Origin: Pseudomonadota bacterium
GTDB taxonomy: Bacteria; Pseudomonadota; Alphaproteobacteria; UBA11222
Assembly (NCBI GenBank): GCA_049325255.1
Contig: JBMOMW010000026.1
Coordinates: forward strand, 7,646-71,645
DNA: 64,000 nucleotides
Direction of reading: 5' to 3'
The notes under the pieces are model-generated. The model was not told the origin of the DNA. It searched no databases and saw nothing but the letters and a program-made list of their open reading frames with translations. Below are positions 47,373 to 57,506 of this stretch, piece after piece. The position numbers and the translations under genes are program-made. How positions within the stretch are numbered: position 1 is the first letter of the stretch; every line of letters starts with the position of its first letter.

Positions 47373-47439
47373 GGGGCCTCCCAAATCGTTTGTTCCAGCT
47401 TTGTAGCCTGACCAGGCCCGTCTGGGAAGTGCCTCACGA

Positions 47440-47859
47440 TTATAGCAGTGCGGCGGCTATTTTATCGGCAAATGGCTGCAGGACCGCTTTATCCACCATA
47501 TTGCGCGCATGCAGGGCCAGTTCATCGCCCGTATAGCGGGGAATGACATGGAAATGAACATGGAACACGGTCTGTCCCGCGGCACTGCCATTAAACTGGT
47601 ACAGGCCAACGCCATCCGGCTTCAGCGCGGCGCTGACGGCCTGGGCGATACGCTGGGTGGCGCGAATCAGAATGGCGGCCTCATCGGCGCTGACCTCATG
47701 GATAGTGGCTGCATGGCGTTTTGGGATGATCAGGCAGTGGCCGGGTGACTGTGGCATCACATCCATGAAGGACAGGGTGTCCTGATCTTCATGCACTTTT
47801 ACCGCGCCCATTTCGCCACGCAGAATTTTGCAAAATATGCAGTTGGGATCGCTGCTCAT
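47440..47859 (-). CDS. HIT-family (histidine triad) hydrolase
   Basis: 139-aa ORF with HVHFHVIPR histidine-triad motif. Confidence 0.85.
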   Translation of the reverse strand: MSSDPNCIFCKILRGEMGAVKVHEDQDTLSFMDVMPQSPGHCLIIPKRHAATIHEVSADEAAILIRATQRIAQAVSAALKPDGVGLYQFNGSAAGQTVFHVHFHVIPRYTGDELALHARNMVDKAVLQPFADKIAAALL

Positions 47860-49064
47860 TCTTCTTGCTCCTCCTCGGTATTTTTTCGGAACGGGGAATG
47901 CCCGGACAATATATGCGAATCCTCAATCACATGCGCGCGCTCCCGCGCCAGAAAATGACGTATCGCGTCGCGCAGGCGCGGGTCTTTAATCCAGTGGGCG
48001 CTGTAGGTCAGGTTCGGTAAATATCCGCGCGCCAGTTTGTGCGCGCCTTGCGCGCCCGCTTCCACACGCGATAGACGGCGCGCAATGGCGAATTCGATGG
48101 CCTGATAATAACAGGCTTCGAAATGCAGGAACGGATGCTCCTCAATACAGCCCCAGTTGCGCCCGAACAGGGCTTCGCCGCCAATAAAATTGATGGCCCC
48201 CGCAATGGGTCGCCCCTCGCGGCTGCATATAACCAGCGCAATTTTATCAGGCATGGATGCGCCGATCAGGCTGAAAAATTCCCGTGTCAGATAGGGTTGT
48301 CCCCATTTGTTGCGGCCGGTATTCAGATAGAAGCGGTAAAAGGCGTCCCAATGCGCTTCCTTGATCGCATCGCCGGTCAGCATTTCAATCGCAATGCCGT
48401 TTGCGACGGCCTCGCGGCGTTCTTTGCGGATCTGTTTGCGCTTGCGCGAATTCAGGCTGTTCAGAAAATCGTCAAAGTTCTGATAGCCCTGATTCAGCCA
48501 ATGGAACTGATAATCCGTGCGCTGCAGAAAACCGGATGCGCCAAGCGTTTCCCATTCCTCTTTTTCCAGAAACGTGACGTGCAGCGATGAAACGCCTGAT
48601 CTGCTGGCAATTTCTGTGCTGGACTGGATCAGCAGCGCGCGATGCTGCGCGGCGTTGGCATGCGGGCGAATAAGAATGCGGCGGCCGGGGGCGGGGGTGA
48701 ACGGCACACAGACCTGCAGCTTGGGATAATATTGCCCGCCCGCACGGTGAAAGGCGTCGGCCCAGGCATGATCGAATACATATTCGCCATAAGAATGCGA
48801 TTTGAGATACATCGGCATGGCGCCAAGAAGTGCGCCATCCGGCGCTTCCAGCAAAATATGGCGCGGGGCCCAGCCGGCCCGATCTGACGCCGATCCGGAT
48901 TTTTCCATGGCCAGCAAAAAAGCATGCGACAAAAACGGATTGCCGGGAATTTCTTCGCCGTGCGGCAGCCCGGCCGGGTTGGCGCAGGCGTCCCATTGCG
49001 CTGCACCGATCACATCAATGTTTTCGATGATACGGACGCGAATCTGCCCGTTTTTGTCAGGCAT
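47856..49064 (-). CDS. DUF482/FemAB-like GNAT-superfamily acyltransferase of unknown function
   Basis: ORF 47856..49400. The first ATG after the upstream GDPD stop is at 49064 (MPDKNGQIRVRI..., 403 aa), and typical family length fits it. 4-nt overlap with the HIT gene. Confidence 0.5.
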   Translation of the reverse strand: MPDKNGQIRVRIIENIDVIGAAQWDACANPAGLPHGEEIPGNPFLSHAFLLAMEKSGSASDRAGWAPRHILLEAPDGALLGAMPMYLKSHSYGEYVFDHAWADAFHRAGGQYYPKLQVCVPFTPAPGRRILIRPHANAAQHRALLIQSSTEIASRSGVSSLHVTFLEKEEWETLGASGFLQRTDYQFHWLNQGYQNFDDFLNSLNSRKRKQIRKERREAVANGIAIEMLTGDAIKEAHWDAFYRFYLNTGRNKWGQPYLTREFFSLIGASMPDKIALVICSREGRPIAGAINFIGGEALFGRNWGCIEEHPFLHFEACYYQAIEFAIARRLSRVEAGAQGAHKLARGYLPNLTYSAHWIKDPRLRDAIRHFLARERAHVIEDSHILSGHSPFRKNTEEEQEE

Positions 49065-49815
49065 GAAATCCCTCAAAAATAAAACTGTCCGCATAGTGTT
49101 TGGCGATGGCCACCTGCTGGGGTGTGCGCACTGTCCAGCATAGCAGCGGAATGCGCTGGCGGCGCACGGCGCGGGTTGGCGGCCCCGGCAGATCCCGGAC
49201 ATTGTAGGACACGAAATGCGGCTGGCTTGTTTCGCAGCTCCATAATTTACCCCAGGCCAGGCGCTGCCGCCAGGGCATGCCGGGTTCTGGTCTTGAAACA
49301 AAATTCTGTGCAATCTGGCCACGGACAAATGCAGGGGCGTTTTCCACAAACCAGGCGACGCTTGCCGGATTGAAGGACTGTACGGCGAACGGGCCATCAT
49401 ACTGCGCCAGCAATTCAGCGATGCGGGCCTCCAGCGGACCGATGCGGCCGGCTTTTGGCACTTTTATTTCAATCAGCAGCGGTGTGCGCCCCCCCACGGC
49501 ATCCAGCGTATCGGCAAATGTTGGAATGGTTTCATTGCTACCGAGAAGACGCAGTTTACCCAGCGCCCGATGGTCCATGCTTGCAGTCGGGCCCTGCACG
49601 CTGGTCATGCGATCCAGCGTGAAATCGTGAAATACGATTGGCGCGCCATCACCTGCGGCCTGCACATCCAGTTCCATGCCATAGCCGTTCTGGACGGAGG
49701 CCTGAAACGCGGCCAGACTGTTTTCAGGCGCAGCGCCGCGATTGTCAAACAGGCCGCGATGGCTATAGAGATATTTGGTCAACCATTCGGTCATGGTCTT
49801 ACCGGGCTGGCTCAA
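49057..49815 (-). CDS. glycerophosphodiester phosphodiesterase-family protein
   Basis: 252-aa ORF with the early HRG motif (YSHRGLFDN). Alternative start at 49794 (MTEWLTKY). Confidence 0.7.
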   Translation of the reverse strand: MSQPGKTMTEWLTKYLYSHRGLFDNRGAAPENSLAAFQASVQNGYGMELDVQAAGDGAPIVFHDFTLDRMTSVQGPTASMDHRALGKLRLLGSNETIPTFADTLDAVGGRTPLLIEIKVPKAGRIGPLEARIAELLAQYDGPFAVQSFNPASVAWFVENAPAFVRGQIAQNFVSRPEPGMPWRQRLAWGKLWSCETSQPHFVSYNVRDLPGPPTRAVRRQRIPLLCWTVRTPQQVAIAKHYADSFIFEGFHA

Positions 49816-50275
49816 TGGCGAAAATGCCCGCTATTTCGACGGCCACATCGAAAGGCAGGCTGTTACATCCGACGGCAAAGCGCGCATGGACGCCTTTTGC
49901 GCCGAATATACCGGCGATCAAATCCGACGCGCCATTAATGACTGCGGGATGTTCGCCGAATTCCGGCGTGGCATTGACGAAACCTTCGATGCGCACACAT
50001 TGCCGCACTTGGTCCAGATTGCCAGCGCAGGCCACTCGCAGATGCGCCAGCATATTCAGGGCGCATAATCGCGCGGCCTGCTGAGCCTGCGCAACATTAA
50101 AGGCCGCGCCGCATTTGCCGCGAAACTCCAGCCCTTGTGGTCCCACAGGCACCTGGCCGGAAATAAACACCAGATCGCCACTGATCACATAGGGCGTATA
50201 ATTTGCCGCCGGTGGCCGGGGGGTTGGCAGTTCAATTCCCAATTCTGCCAGGCGCTGCGCTATGATATTGGTCAT
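49799..50275 (-). CDS. RidA/YjgF-family reactive-intermediate deaminase
   Basis: 158-aa ORF with RidA-like core. Translationally coupled to the downstream GDPD gene. Confidence 0.75.
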   Translation of the reverse strand: MTNIIAQRLAELGIELPTPRPPAANYTPYVISGDLVFISGQVPVGPQGLEFRGKCGAAFNVAQAQQAARLCALNMLAHLRVACAGNLDQVRQCVRIEGFVNATPEFGEHPAVINGASDLIAGIFGAKGVHARFAVGCNSLPFDVAVEIAGIFAIEPAR

Positions 50276-50328
50276 TCAAAGACTCCTGCATTATTCGACC
50301 ATGATACCACTGGATTGAAAATAACAGC

Positions 50329-51342
50329 ATGACAAGTTCTGCCCCTACCATGCCCGCAGAGTGGGAGCCGCATCAGCGCACCTTCATGGCCTGGCCCTGC
50401 CGTGACAAATTGTGGGGCAGTACGCCAGCGATGGAACGGGCGCGGCTTGCTTATGCCACAGTGGCGCGGGCGATCACGCGGTTTGAGCCGGTCACCATGA
50501 TTGCGCGCCCCGAACATATGGGGGCGGCAGCTGCTATCTGCGGGGCGGGTGTTACGGTCATCGCCCATGAAATTGACGATTCCTGGATGCGCGATACGGG
50601 GCCCACCTTTGTGCGCGACGGGCAGGGCGGGCTTGCAGGGGTGCAGTGGCGCTTTAATGGCTGGGGCGGTAAATATGTTCCCCATGACAGGGATGCGGGT
50701 ATTGCGACGGCGCTGTTGCGTGATCTGGGGCTTGCCAGCCATGCCGCCCCGCTATTCGCTGAAGGGGGCGCGCTGCATGTGGACGGTGCGGGAACCCTGA
50801 TCACTACAGAGCAATGCCTGCTAAATCCCAACCGTAATCCGGCCATGAGCCGCATAGACGTTGAAGCGGTTCTGAAAGATATGCTCGGTGTGCGCAAAGT
50901 GATCTGGCTGGAACAGGGGCTTAGTGGCGATGAAACGGATGGCCATATCGACAATGTCGTCTGTTTTGCCGCCCCCGGCCGCGTAATCCTGCAAGGGTGC
51001 GACGATCCGGCGGACGCCAATTATGCCATTGTTGCGGATAATCGGGCGCGTCTGAAGGCCGCGCGTGATGCGCGCGGAATACCGCTGGAGATCGTGGAAT
51101 TACCCGCGCCCCGCGCACGCATGGATGATCGCGGCGATCGCCTGACGCTGTCTTATGTGAATTTTTATCTGACGAATGGCGGGCTGATCATGCCCGCGTT
51201 TGACGATCCGGCCGATGCGCCAGCGCAGCAAATACTTGCGGCGGCATTCCCCGAACGCACGATCGTGCAGTTACCAGCCCTGGATATTGTTCAGGGCGGC
51301 GGCGGCATTCACTGCATCACGCAGCAAATGCCAGCAGTTTAG
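50329..51342 (+). CDS. aguA: agmatine deiminase-family protein
   Basis: 337-aa ORF with MPAEWEPH N-terminal motif and catalytic Cys in GGGIHCITQQ. Confidence 0.85.
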   Translation: MTSSAPTMPAEWEPHQRTFMAWPCRDKLWGSTPAMERARLAYATVARAITRFEPVTMIARPEHMGAAAAICGAGVTVIAHEIDDSWMRDTGPTFVRDGQGGLAGVQWRFNGWGGKYVPHDRDAGIATALLRDLGLASHAAPLFAEGGALHVDGAGTLITTEQCLLNPNRNPAMSRIDVEAVLKDMLGVRKVIWLEQGLSGDETDGHIDNVVCFAAPGRVILQGCDDPADANYAIVADNRARLKAARDARGIPLEIVELPAPRARMDDRGDRLTLSYVNFYLTNGGLIMPAFDDPADAPAQQILAAAFPERTIVQLPALDIVQGGGGIHCITQQMPAV

Positions 51343-52052
51343 TGTTCGCGCCGGCTGATCAGGTTCAGATTACGCGCACGGCGGTTTTTCTCGCGATACA
51401 TGGCGCGGTCCGCCTTGAGCAGCAGGTCTTCCGGCTGTGACCAGCCAGCATAATCTGCGGAACCAATGCTGGCCCGGATGGGGATGGAAACGCCTTTATA
51501 GGCCAGATTGCTGCCATTGAGAATCTGGCGCAATATTTCGGCGCGCTTGCGCCCGACCTGTTTTACGGCATGAATAAACAGCACGGCATATTCGTCGCCG
51601 CCAAGCCGCGCGACAAGATCGGTCTTGCGTACATTGCTCAGCAGCAATTCACCAACCCGGCGCAGCACCATATCGCCTGCCTGATGCCCATAAGTGTCGT
51701 TGATTGTCTTGAAGCCATCAAGGTCAACAAAGGACAGGACGCCTTCCTCGTTATAGCGGCGCGCCGATTGCAGGGCGCGGTTCAATCCATCCATAAAGCC
51801 GCGCCGGTTCAGCAGCCCGGTAAGCTCATCCGTACTGGTCAGTGATTCCAGATGGTGGATGCGGGCCTCCTGTTCGGCCAGGCGCTGTTCGGCCTGTGCC
51901 GCAAGATTGAGCACCTGGGTGATGAAGGCGCTGCCTCCCGGCTCTTGGCCATAGTTCTGGATTTCACACAGTTTGCGCAATTGCTGCGCCGTGCCGGCGG
52001 CAAGCCCGTGTAAGGGATGCTGATGTGGTTCCTTGACTAAAGTCTGGCTCAT
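51339..52052 (-). CDS. GGDEF-domain diguanylate cyclase (GGDEY active site, I-site RKTD) with short coiled-coil N-terminus and no sensor domain
   Basis: 237-aa ORF. Motifs RKTDLVARLGGDEYAVLF. Confidence 0.85.
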   Translation of the reverse strand: MSQTLVKEPHQHPLHGLAAGTAQQLRKLCEIQNYGQEPGGSAFITQVLNLAAQAEQRLAEQEARIHHLESLTSTDELTGLLNRRGFMDGLNRALQSARRYNEEGVLSFVDLDGFKTINDTYGHQAGDMVLRRVGELLLSNVRKTDLVARLGGDEYAVLFIHAVKQVGRKRAEILRQILNGSNLAYKGVSIPIRASIGSADYAGWSQPEDLLLKADRAMYREKNRRARNLNLISRREH

Positions 52053-52347
52053 TTTAGTTTTCCTGAAGTAGCGGTCTGCCGCCCCAATATTTTTAATCCA
52101 GGCTTAAAATGCATGCTTCGTGCCAGAAAAAAATCCCAGGAAAACTGCCAAAAAAAGCACTGAACTTTGCGTTGCCCGGTAATAAATTCCCCCTGATGGG
52201 AAAATATTTCCGTATCTCACGCGGAAATGTCTTATTGGATTATCTTTTTTGTGGCTTTCATGCGAAGGCCAGTGTCGCAATCTGCGAATCTCTATAAGCT
52301 TAAGTCTTGATTATGTTTGCCAAAGCGCGGTGCCGGGAAATAATTGC

Positions 52348-53223
52348 ATGAAGAATATCTGGATTGGGCGCCTGGCAACGGGGCTGCTGGCGGCGCTGAT
52401 GACGTCTGTTGGGGGGGGTGGCAATGCTGTGGCGGTCGAGGCGCTGGCCGTTCATCCGCCCATGCTGTCGCACCGGGCCATTTACAAGGTGTCGCTCGCG
52501 CCGGGGCACAATCGTGGGCAGGTTTCCAGCGTTGACGGCCGCATGGTTTCAGAATGGCAGGAAACCTGTGACGGCCTTATCTCGGAACAGCGCATCGTAA
52601 CAGACATGCTCGACGAAGCGGGCGAGATGTCCCTGAGTGATATTTCAGCTTCATCCTGGGAGTCGCAGGATGGTCTGCGTTTCCGGTTTTCAATGCGCCA
52701 GCGGCTGGATAACAAACTGGTAGCCGAATATGACGGTATTGCTGAATATCCCACCGCATTGGGGCAGGGGGTAGCGACCATACGCAAGCCCGACGAAAAA
52801 GAGATAAAATTGCCCCCAGGTGTTCTATTCCCCAGCGGATATATGCAGGCATTGCTGGACGCTGCGCGCGCCGGGAAGAAAAATCTGGCCCGTCAGGTGT
52901 TTGATGGCACGTCCGAATCTGACTATTATCAGGTTGTCTCATCGATTGGCGCGGGGACAAACATTGCTGCTCAACAAGCGCAGGAGCCGTCAAAAAATCC
53001 CGGAGAACATAAATCGATATTAAAGGCAATTTCAGGCCTGACATGGTGGCCCGTGCAGGTATCCTATTATGGATTGCAGGATAATGAGGGCCTGCCAGAG
53101 TTCGAGATGGCTTTCAAATTATATGATAACGGGGTCAGCGCCGATTTAACCCTGGATTATGGCGCATTTGCACTGTTTGCATCCCTGCAGCGCATCGATA
53201 CATATAAGCGCCCCGACTGTTAA
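52348..53223 (+). CDS. hypothetical periplasmic protein (possibly DUF1849/EipB-like)
   Basis: ORF 52249..53223. The signal peptide MKNIWIGRLATGLLAALMTSVGG begins at the ATG at 52348. The family assignment is from memory only. Confidence 0.35.
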   Translation: MKNIWIGRLATGLLAALMTSVGGGGNAVAVEALAVHPPMLSHRAIYKVSLAPGHNRGQVSSVDGRMVSEWQETCDGLISEQRIVTDMLDEAGEMSLSDISASSWESQDGLRFRFSMRQRLDNKLVAEYDGIAEYPTALGQGVATIRKPDEKEIKLPPGVLFPSGYMQALLDAARAGKKNLARQVFDGTSESDYYQVVSSIGAGTNIAAQQAQEPSKNPGEHKSILKAISGLTWWPVQVSYYGLQDNEGLPEFEMAFKLYDNGVSADLTLDYGAFALFASLQRIDTYKRPDC

Positions 53224-53894
53224 AATCCGAGCAGGTCCAGTTTCGTCTCGATGAAAGCGCGCGCGTCAGGCCAGTCGCTGGTGTGCAGATGACAGTTCTG
53301 GGCAGGCCCAACCAGTGCGGCCAGACGTTTGTCAGCGATAAAATGCAACAGAGATACGCTGCGGGCCTGTTCGGCCACTGCATCCAGATGCGGGGGTAAA
53401 TCATCCAGAAAAAATACCGGCGCGTTTATCTGTTCCTCAAGATAGCGCAGCGGAAGACCTTTTGAACCGGCATTGGCGACCAGCGGATAATCCATCCCGT
53501 GCTTGCGCAGCCAGCGCTGGCGGGCGGCATGTGCGGACGGCGGCACATTACTGAGAACAATGATTTGTGCACGCGCATTCAGCGCCTGCAACGCCTCGGC
53601 CGCACCATCTACGGGGTCAAGCAGTTCCGTGTCCGTGTTAAAAAACTCGGCCAACAGATCTTTTACCTGTGCCTGTGTGCTAGCCTCGTTACTGCCCTGC
53701 CTGCGAATATTGCCTGTGATTGCAAAACTTTTCAGATCGAGCCAATGGCCGTTTCGATGCAGGAACCGTTCTAAGCCTGCGATAAAATAGGCAACCACCT
53801 CATCTGCATCCGTAACGATCAGGGGGCGCTGTGGGTCCAGCACCAGGTCTTCCAGTTGGCTGCGGACATGTGGTTCCACCTGGCTCAGCTCCAA
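53220..53894 (-). CDS. HAD-superfamily hydrolase
   Basis: 224-aa ORF with HAD motif I (LIVTDADEV). Confidence 0.6.
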   Translation of the reverse strand: MELSQVEPHVRSQLEDLVLDPQRPLIVTDADEVVAYFIAGLERFLHRNGHWLDLKSFAITGNIRRQGSNEASTQAQVKDLLAEFFNTDTELLDPVDGAAEALQALNARAQIIVLSNVPPSAHAARQRWLRKHGMDYPLVANAGSKGLPLRYLEEQINAPVFFLDDLPPHLDAVAEQARSVSLLHFIADKRLAALVGPAQNCHLHTSDWPDARAFIETKLDLLGF

Positions 53895-54163
53895 TCCGGC
53901 GCGGCATCGCCCAGAAGCAGGACGCGCGCACGGGCAGGGTGTTGCGGATCAATATCAGCAGCAGTACAAAATTCCAGCAGGCTGGGCTCGTGGCCAAGCA
54001 GAAAGTCCAGGACGGCGCCCAGAAAGGCGGTATCCGTGACACTGGCTCGCACATCGGCAGGGTCCATGCCGGTCAAGTCAAGAAAACGCCAGTAAAGCAT
54101 TGATTCTGCAGCAATATATGTTAATGCCTGTAAAGCCAGAGCCTCGGCCCAATCTTGTTTCAT
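53885..54163 (-). CDS. small conserved hypothetical protein (possibly DUF3572)
   Basis: 92-aa ORF. 10-nt overlap with the downstream HAD gene. Divergent from divK. Confidence 0.35.
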   Translation of the reverse strand: MKQDWAEALALQALTYIAAESMLYWRFLDLTGMDPADVRASVTDTAFLGAVLDFLLGHEPSLLEFCTAADIDPQHPARARVLLLGDAAPDWS

Positions 54164-54408
54164 TTTGCCTCAGTGCAATTAAAATTAACTAGAAGCTTAC
54201 TTATTTTCTGTATTCGTTCCTACAGTCTGGAGTAACTTCCTGGGTGGGGGCAGTTAACATATCAGATACAGTTAATTGTTAAGTTTCCAGGTAAATGTGG
54301 TTTGAGGACCGCGCCTGAAGTGAAGAAGTTACACAAAACTCTAATAAGTGCACGCTTGTTATGATGGTAAGTCATAGGTGAGCTAGGGAATGCAGGTGTT
54401 TAATACAG

Positions 54409-54774
54409 ATGACCAAGACAGTCCTGATCTGCGAAGATAATAAGCTGAACATGAAGCTTTTTCATGATCTGCTCGTGGCGCATGGCTATTCCACCATCCA
54501 GACATCGGATGGGATGGAAGCTTTGGATCTGGCCCAAAAGCATAAACCTGATCTGATTTTGATGGATATTCAGCTGCCGGGTGTTTCCGGCCTTGAGGTA
54601 ACCAAATGGCTCAAGGAAAATGACGATACAGTTCATATTCCGGTTATTGCTATCACGGCCTTCGCCATGAAGGGGGACGAGGCGCGCATCAAGGACGGAG
54701 GATGTGAGGCCTATATCGCGAAACCGATCTCGGTCATAGATTTTTTGGCGACTATTCGCCGTTTCCTGGAATGA
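54409..54774 (+). CDS. divK: single-domain cell-cycle response regulator DivK
   Basis: 121-aa REC-only protein. Near-identical in pattern to Caulobacter DivK (NMKLFHDLL...[11 protein letters not shown]...EVTKWLKE...[14 protein letters not shown]). Confidence 0.9.
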   Translation: MTKTVLICEDNKLNMKLFHDLLVAHGYSTIQTSDGMEALDLAQKHKPDLILMDIQLPGVSGLEVTKWLKENDDTVHIPVIAITAFAMKGDEARIKDGGCEAYIAKPISVIDFLATIRRFLE

Positions 54775-54788
54775 ATAGAGATGTGTGA

Positions 54789-56159
54789 ATGACTGCCCGG
54801 GTATTGGTAGTTGATGATGTTCCAGCGAACGTAAAGCTGCTCGAAGCAAAGCTGAGCGCGGAATATTACGAAGTCATTACTGCGGTCAACGGCCAGCAGG
54901 CGATAGAAGTCGCCGAGGCCGAGATGCCGGATATTATTTTGCTTGATGTGATGATGCCCGTAATGGATGGCTTTACGGCATGCCGCAAGCTGAAGGAAAA
55001 CAGCCGGCTTCGCCATATACCGGTTATCATGATCACGGCGCTGGATCAGCCGTCTGACCGGGTGCAGGGCCTGTTGGCCGGCGCTGATGATTTTATCAGC
55101 AAGCCCATAAGGAACAATCCGCTTTTTCCGCGCGTTCGAAGCCTGATCCGGTTGAAAATGATGACCGATGAATTGCGCGCGCGCGATATCACGGGACAGA
55201 ATCTTGGCTTGATGGATTTGCCCAACTGGGAAGATGGCGGTGACATTAAGGGACGCATCCTGATTGTGGATGATCAGGCGCGCTCCAGTGCGCGCATTAG
55301 CGGCGCGCTTAATGAAGGGGGGCACAACGCCCAGGTCGTGGATGATTCCGCTGAGGCCTTGCGGCTTGCCAAGGGCGGGGCTTTTGATTTGATCATCGTC
55401 AGCCTGTCCATGCGTAATTATGATGGCCTGCGGCTATGTTCACAGTTCCGTACGGCGGAAGAAACCAGGACCGTCCCGCTGCTGATCATCGTCGAGGATC
55501 CCGAGGATAGCCGTCTGGCGCGCGGGCTTGATATGGGCATTAATGATTATCTCGTGCGCCCAATTGAAAGCAATGAGCTGTTCGCACGGGTGCGCACTCA
55601 GTTGCGCTGGCACAGATACGAAGAAAAGCTGCGCCACAATCTGCATCTTAGTTTGCAGATGGCGGTTACGGACGCTTTGACCGGATTATATAACCGGCGC
55701 TATATGGAAACCCATCTTCAGATACTGACGCAGCGCGCAAAGCAGGAAGACCGGCCAATATCGCTGCTGATGATCGATATCGATTTCTTCAAAAATATCA
55801 ACGATGCGCATGGCCATGATGCAGGCGACAAGATTTTGAAGCAGTTTTCAGCCGGAATTTCACGCAATATCCGTGGCATTGACCTGGCCTGCCGGTTCGG
55901 CGGCGAGGAGTTTGTAGTCATCATGCCAGAAACGGACATGGCGATCGCATCACTGGTTGCAGAACGAATTCGTCAGTACACAGAAACATTTTCTTTTGAT
56001 GTTGGCGCCGAGAACCCGGTGGCGATGACGGCCAGCATCGGCGTTACCAGCCTGATCGGAAATGGTGATACGCCGGAGACTATCCTGAAGCGGGCCGACG
56101 ACGCGCTGTACCGCGCCAAGAACGATGGCCGCAACCGGGTCAGCGAGCATATAGGCTGA
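54789..56159 (+). CDS. pleD: response regulator diguanylate cyclase PleD (REC-REC-GGDEF)
   Basis: 456-aa ORF with two receiver domains plus GGEEF with I-site RGID. Directly downstream of divK, as in the divK-pleD operon. Confidence 0.9.
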   Translation: MTARVLVVDDVPANVKLLEAKLSAEYYEVITAVNGQQAIEVAEAEMPDIILLDVMMPVMDGFTACRKLKENSRLRHIPVIMITALDQPSDRVQGLLAGADDFISKPIRNNPLFPRVRSLIRLKMMTDELRARDITGQNLGLMDLPNWEDGGDIKGRILIVDDQARSSARISGALNEGGHNAQVVDDSAEALRLAKGGAFDLIIVSLSMRNYDGLRLCSQFRTAEETRTVPLLIIVEDPEDSRLARGLDMGINDYLVRPIESNELFARVRTQLRWHRYEEKLRHNLHLSLQMAVTDALTGLYNRRYMETHLQILTQRAKQEDRPISLLMIDIDFFKNINDAHGHDAGDKILKQFSAGISRNIRGIDLACRFGGEEFVVIMPETDMAIASLVAERIRQYTETFSFDVGAENPVAMTASIGVTSLIGNGDTPETILKRADDALYRAKNDGRNRVSEHIG

Positions 56160-56183
56160 GACCGGCCCGCGAACAGCCCCTGT

Positions 56184-56525
56184 CTAGTGATCCGCCCCAT
56201 GTAAAATCTTGTGGCGCAATCCTGTGTCATAGGCGATGCCCGCCGGGCTTAATGTAATGGATTGCGGATAGGCCGATTGCGCCAGCGATTTGCGCTCCAG
56301 CGCCTTCCAGACCATTTCATTCGATAATCCGGTCGCGTCGGAGGCGCGCACGGCGGCCTGGCCGATATGGAAATGATCGCCGTGGAGCTGGGGCAGCCGG
56401 CTGATCTGAAAACCGCCATCTTCCAGCGCTGTTCCAGCCTCGGGGTGGCGCGCCAGTTCCTGCAACAGAGTCAGGGTTTTCAATTGTAGCATATTGAGAT
56501 TAAGCGGGTTGGACTTTGGCGGCAT
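56184..56525 (-). CDS. hypothetical protein
   Basis: 113-aa ORF convergent with pleD. No recognisable motif. Confidence 0.3.
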   Translation of the reverse strand: MPPKSNPLNLNMLQLKTLTLLQELARHPEAGTALEDGGFQISRLPQLHGDHFHIGQAAVRASDATGLSNEMVWKALERKSLAQSAYPQSITLSPAGIAYDTGLRHKILHGADH

Positions 56526-56665
56526 GTGATTTCCAGCATGAGAATGGGCATAATCCTCTGTTTATCCCCATGCCAGCCAATCGGCAAGAGGCGGATATTT
56601 TTGGTGCGGCAGGTGCCATTTTCATGGCATGCTGGCGTCAATAATAACACAGGGAGGGAAATTAC

Positions 56666-57220
56666 ATGCGCCTGTCAAAACCGCGTATCACGCCATTGCC
56701 GGAATCCGAATTGACAGAGGAGCAGCTCAAGATAGTTGCGCCCATGAAGCAGCGCTACGGCTTTGTTTTTAATGTATTGAAGACCATGATGCGAAACATG
56801 AATCTGTTGAACTCCTGGAATGGTTTTGCGGGGCATATTATGGGGACATCCTCGCTTAGCCCGCGCCACCGTGAAATGCTGATCATGCGGGTGGGTTGGC
56901 TGACCCAGTCGGAATATGAATGGGGCCAGCATGTGCTGATGAGCGCCCCGGCGGGCCTGGTGCATGCCGATCATTTGCGCATCAAGGAAGGCCCCAAAGC
57001 CGCTGGCTGGAACGAGCTGGAAAGCGCCCTGCTACAGGCAACCGATGAATTGCTGGACGATGCGATCATCGAGGATGCGACATGGAATATCCTGACGAAA
57101 CATCTGAGTACGGAACAGATCATGGATGCCGTGTTTACCGTCGGCCAATATAATATGCTGGCCATGGCGCTGAACACGCTGGGTGTGCAACGCGAGGAAG
57201 GTGTTCCAGGATTTCCCTGA
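56666..57220 (+). CDS. carboxymuconolactone decarboxylase (AhpD-like) family protein
   Basis: 184-aa all-helical ORF with a CMD-like core. Confidence 0.6.
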   Translation: MRLSKPRITPLPESELTEEQLKIVAPMKQRYGFVFNVLKTMMRNMNLLNSWNGFAGHIMGTSSLSPRHREMLIMRVGWLTQSEYEWGQHVLMSAPAGLVHADHLRIKEGPKAAGWNELESALLQATDELLDDAIIEDATWNILTKHLSTEQIMDAVFTVGQYNMLAMALNTLGVQREEGVPGFP

Positions 57221-57309
57221 AGGCGTAGCGTATTTTGTGTTCGCTGGATAGCTTGATCAATTGGCGCGGGCGGGGTATTACCTTATCCCTGTCCCGCCAT
57301 ATGCCTTAA

Positions 57310-57385
57310 GTCCCCCTCGTCTAGTGGCCCAGGACGTCGCCCTCTCACGGCGAAAACAGGGGTTCGAGTCCCCTGGGGGACGCCA
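57310..57385 (+). tRNA. tRNA-Glu (anticodon CUC)
   Basis: 76 nt ending CCA. Acceptor stem GTCCCCC/GGGGGAC, anticodon stem TCGCC/GGCGA with loop CTCTCAC. Near-identical backbone to E. coli tRNA-Glu. Confidence 0.85.
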
Positions 57386-57506
57386 TCTGTAGGCGACCTG
57401 ACTATGCCGTAGCGAAACTGGCGCTTCGCTACAAAAGAAATCTCCGGATTTGTCAAAAGCTTTGCGATTTGGGGGTGCTGAAATATAGTGTCCGCAAGGC
57501 CGGAGC

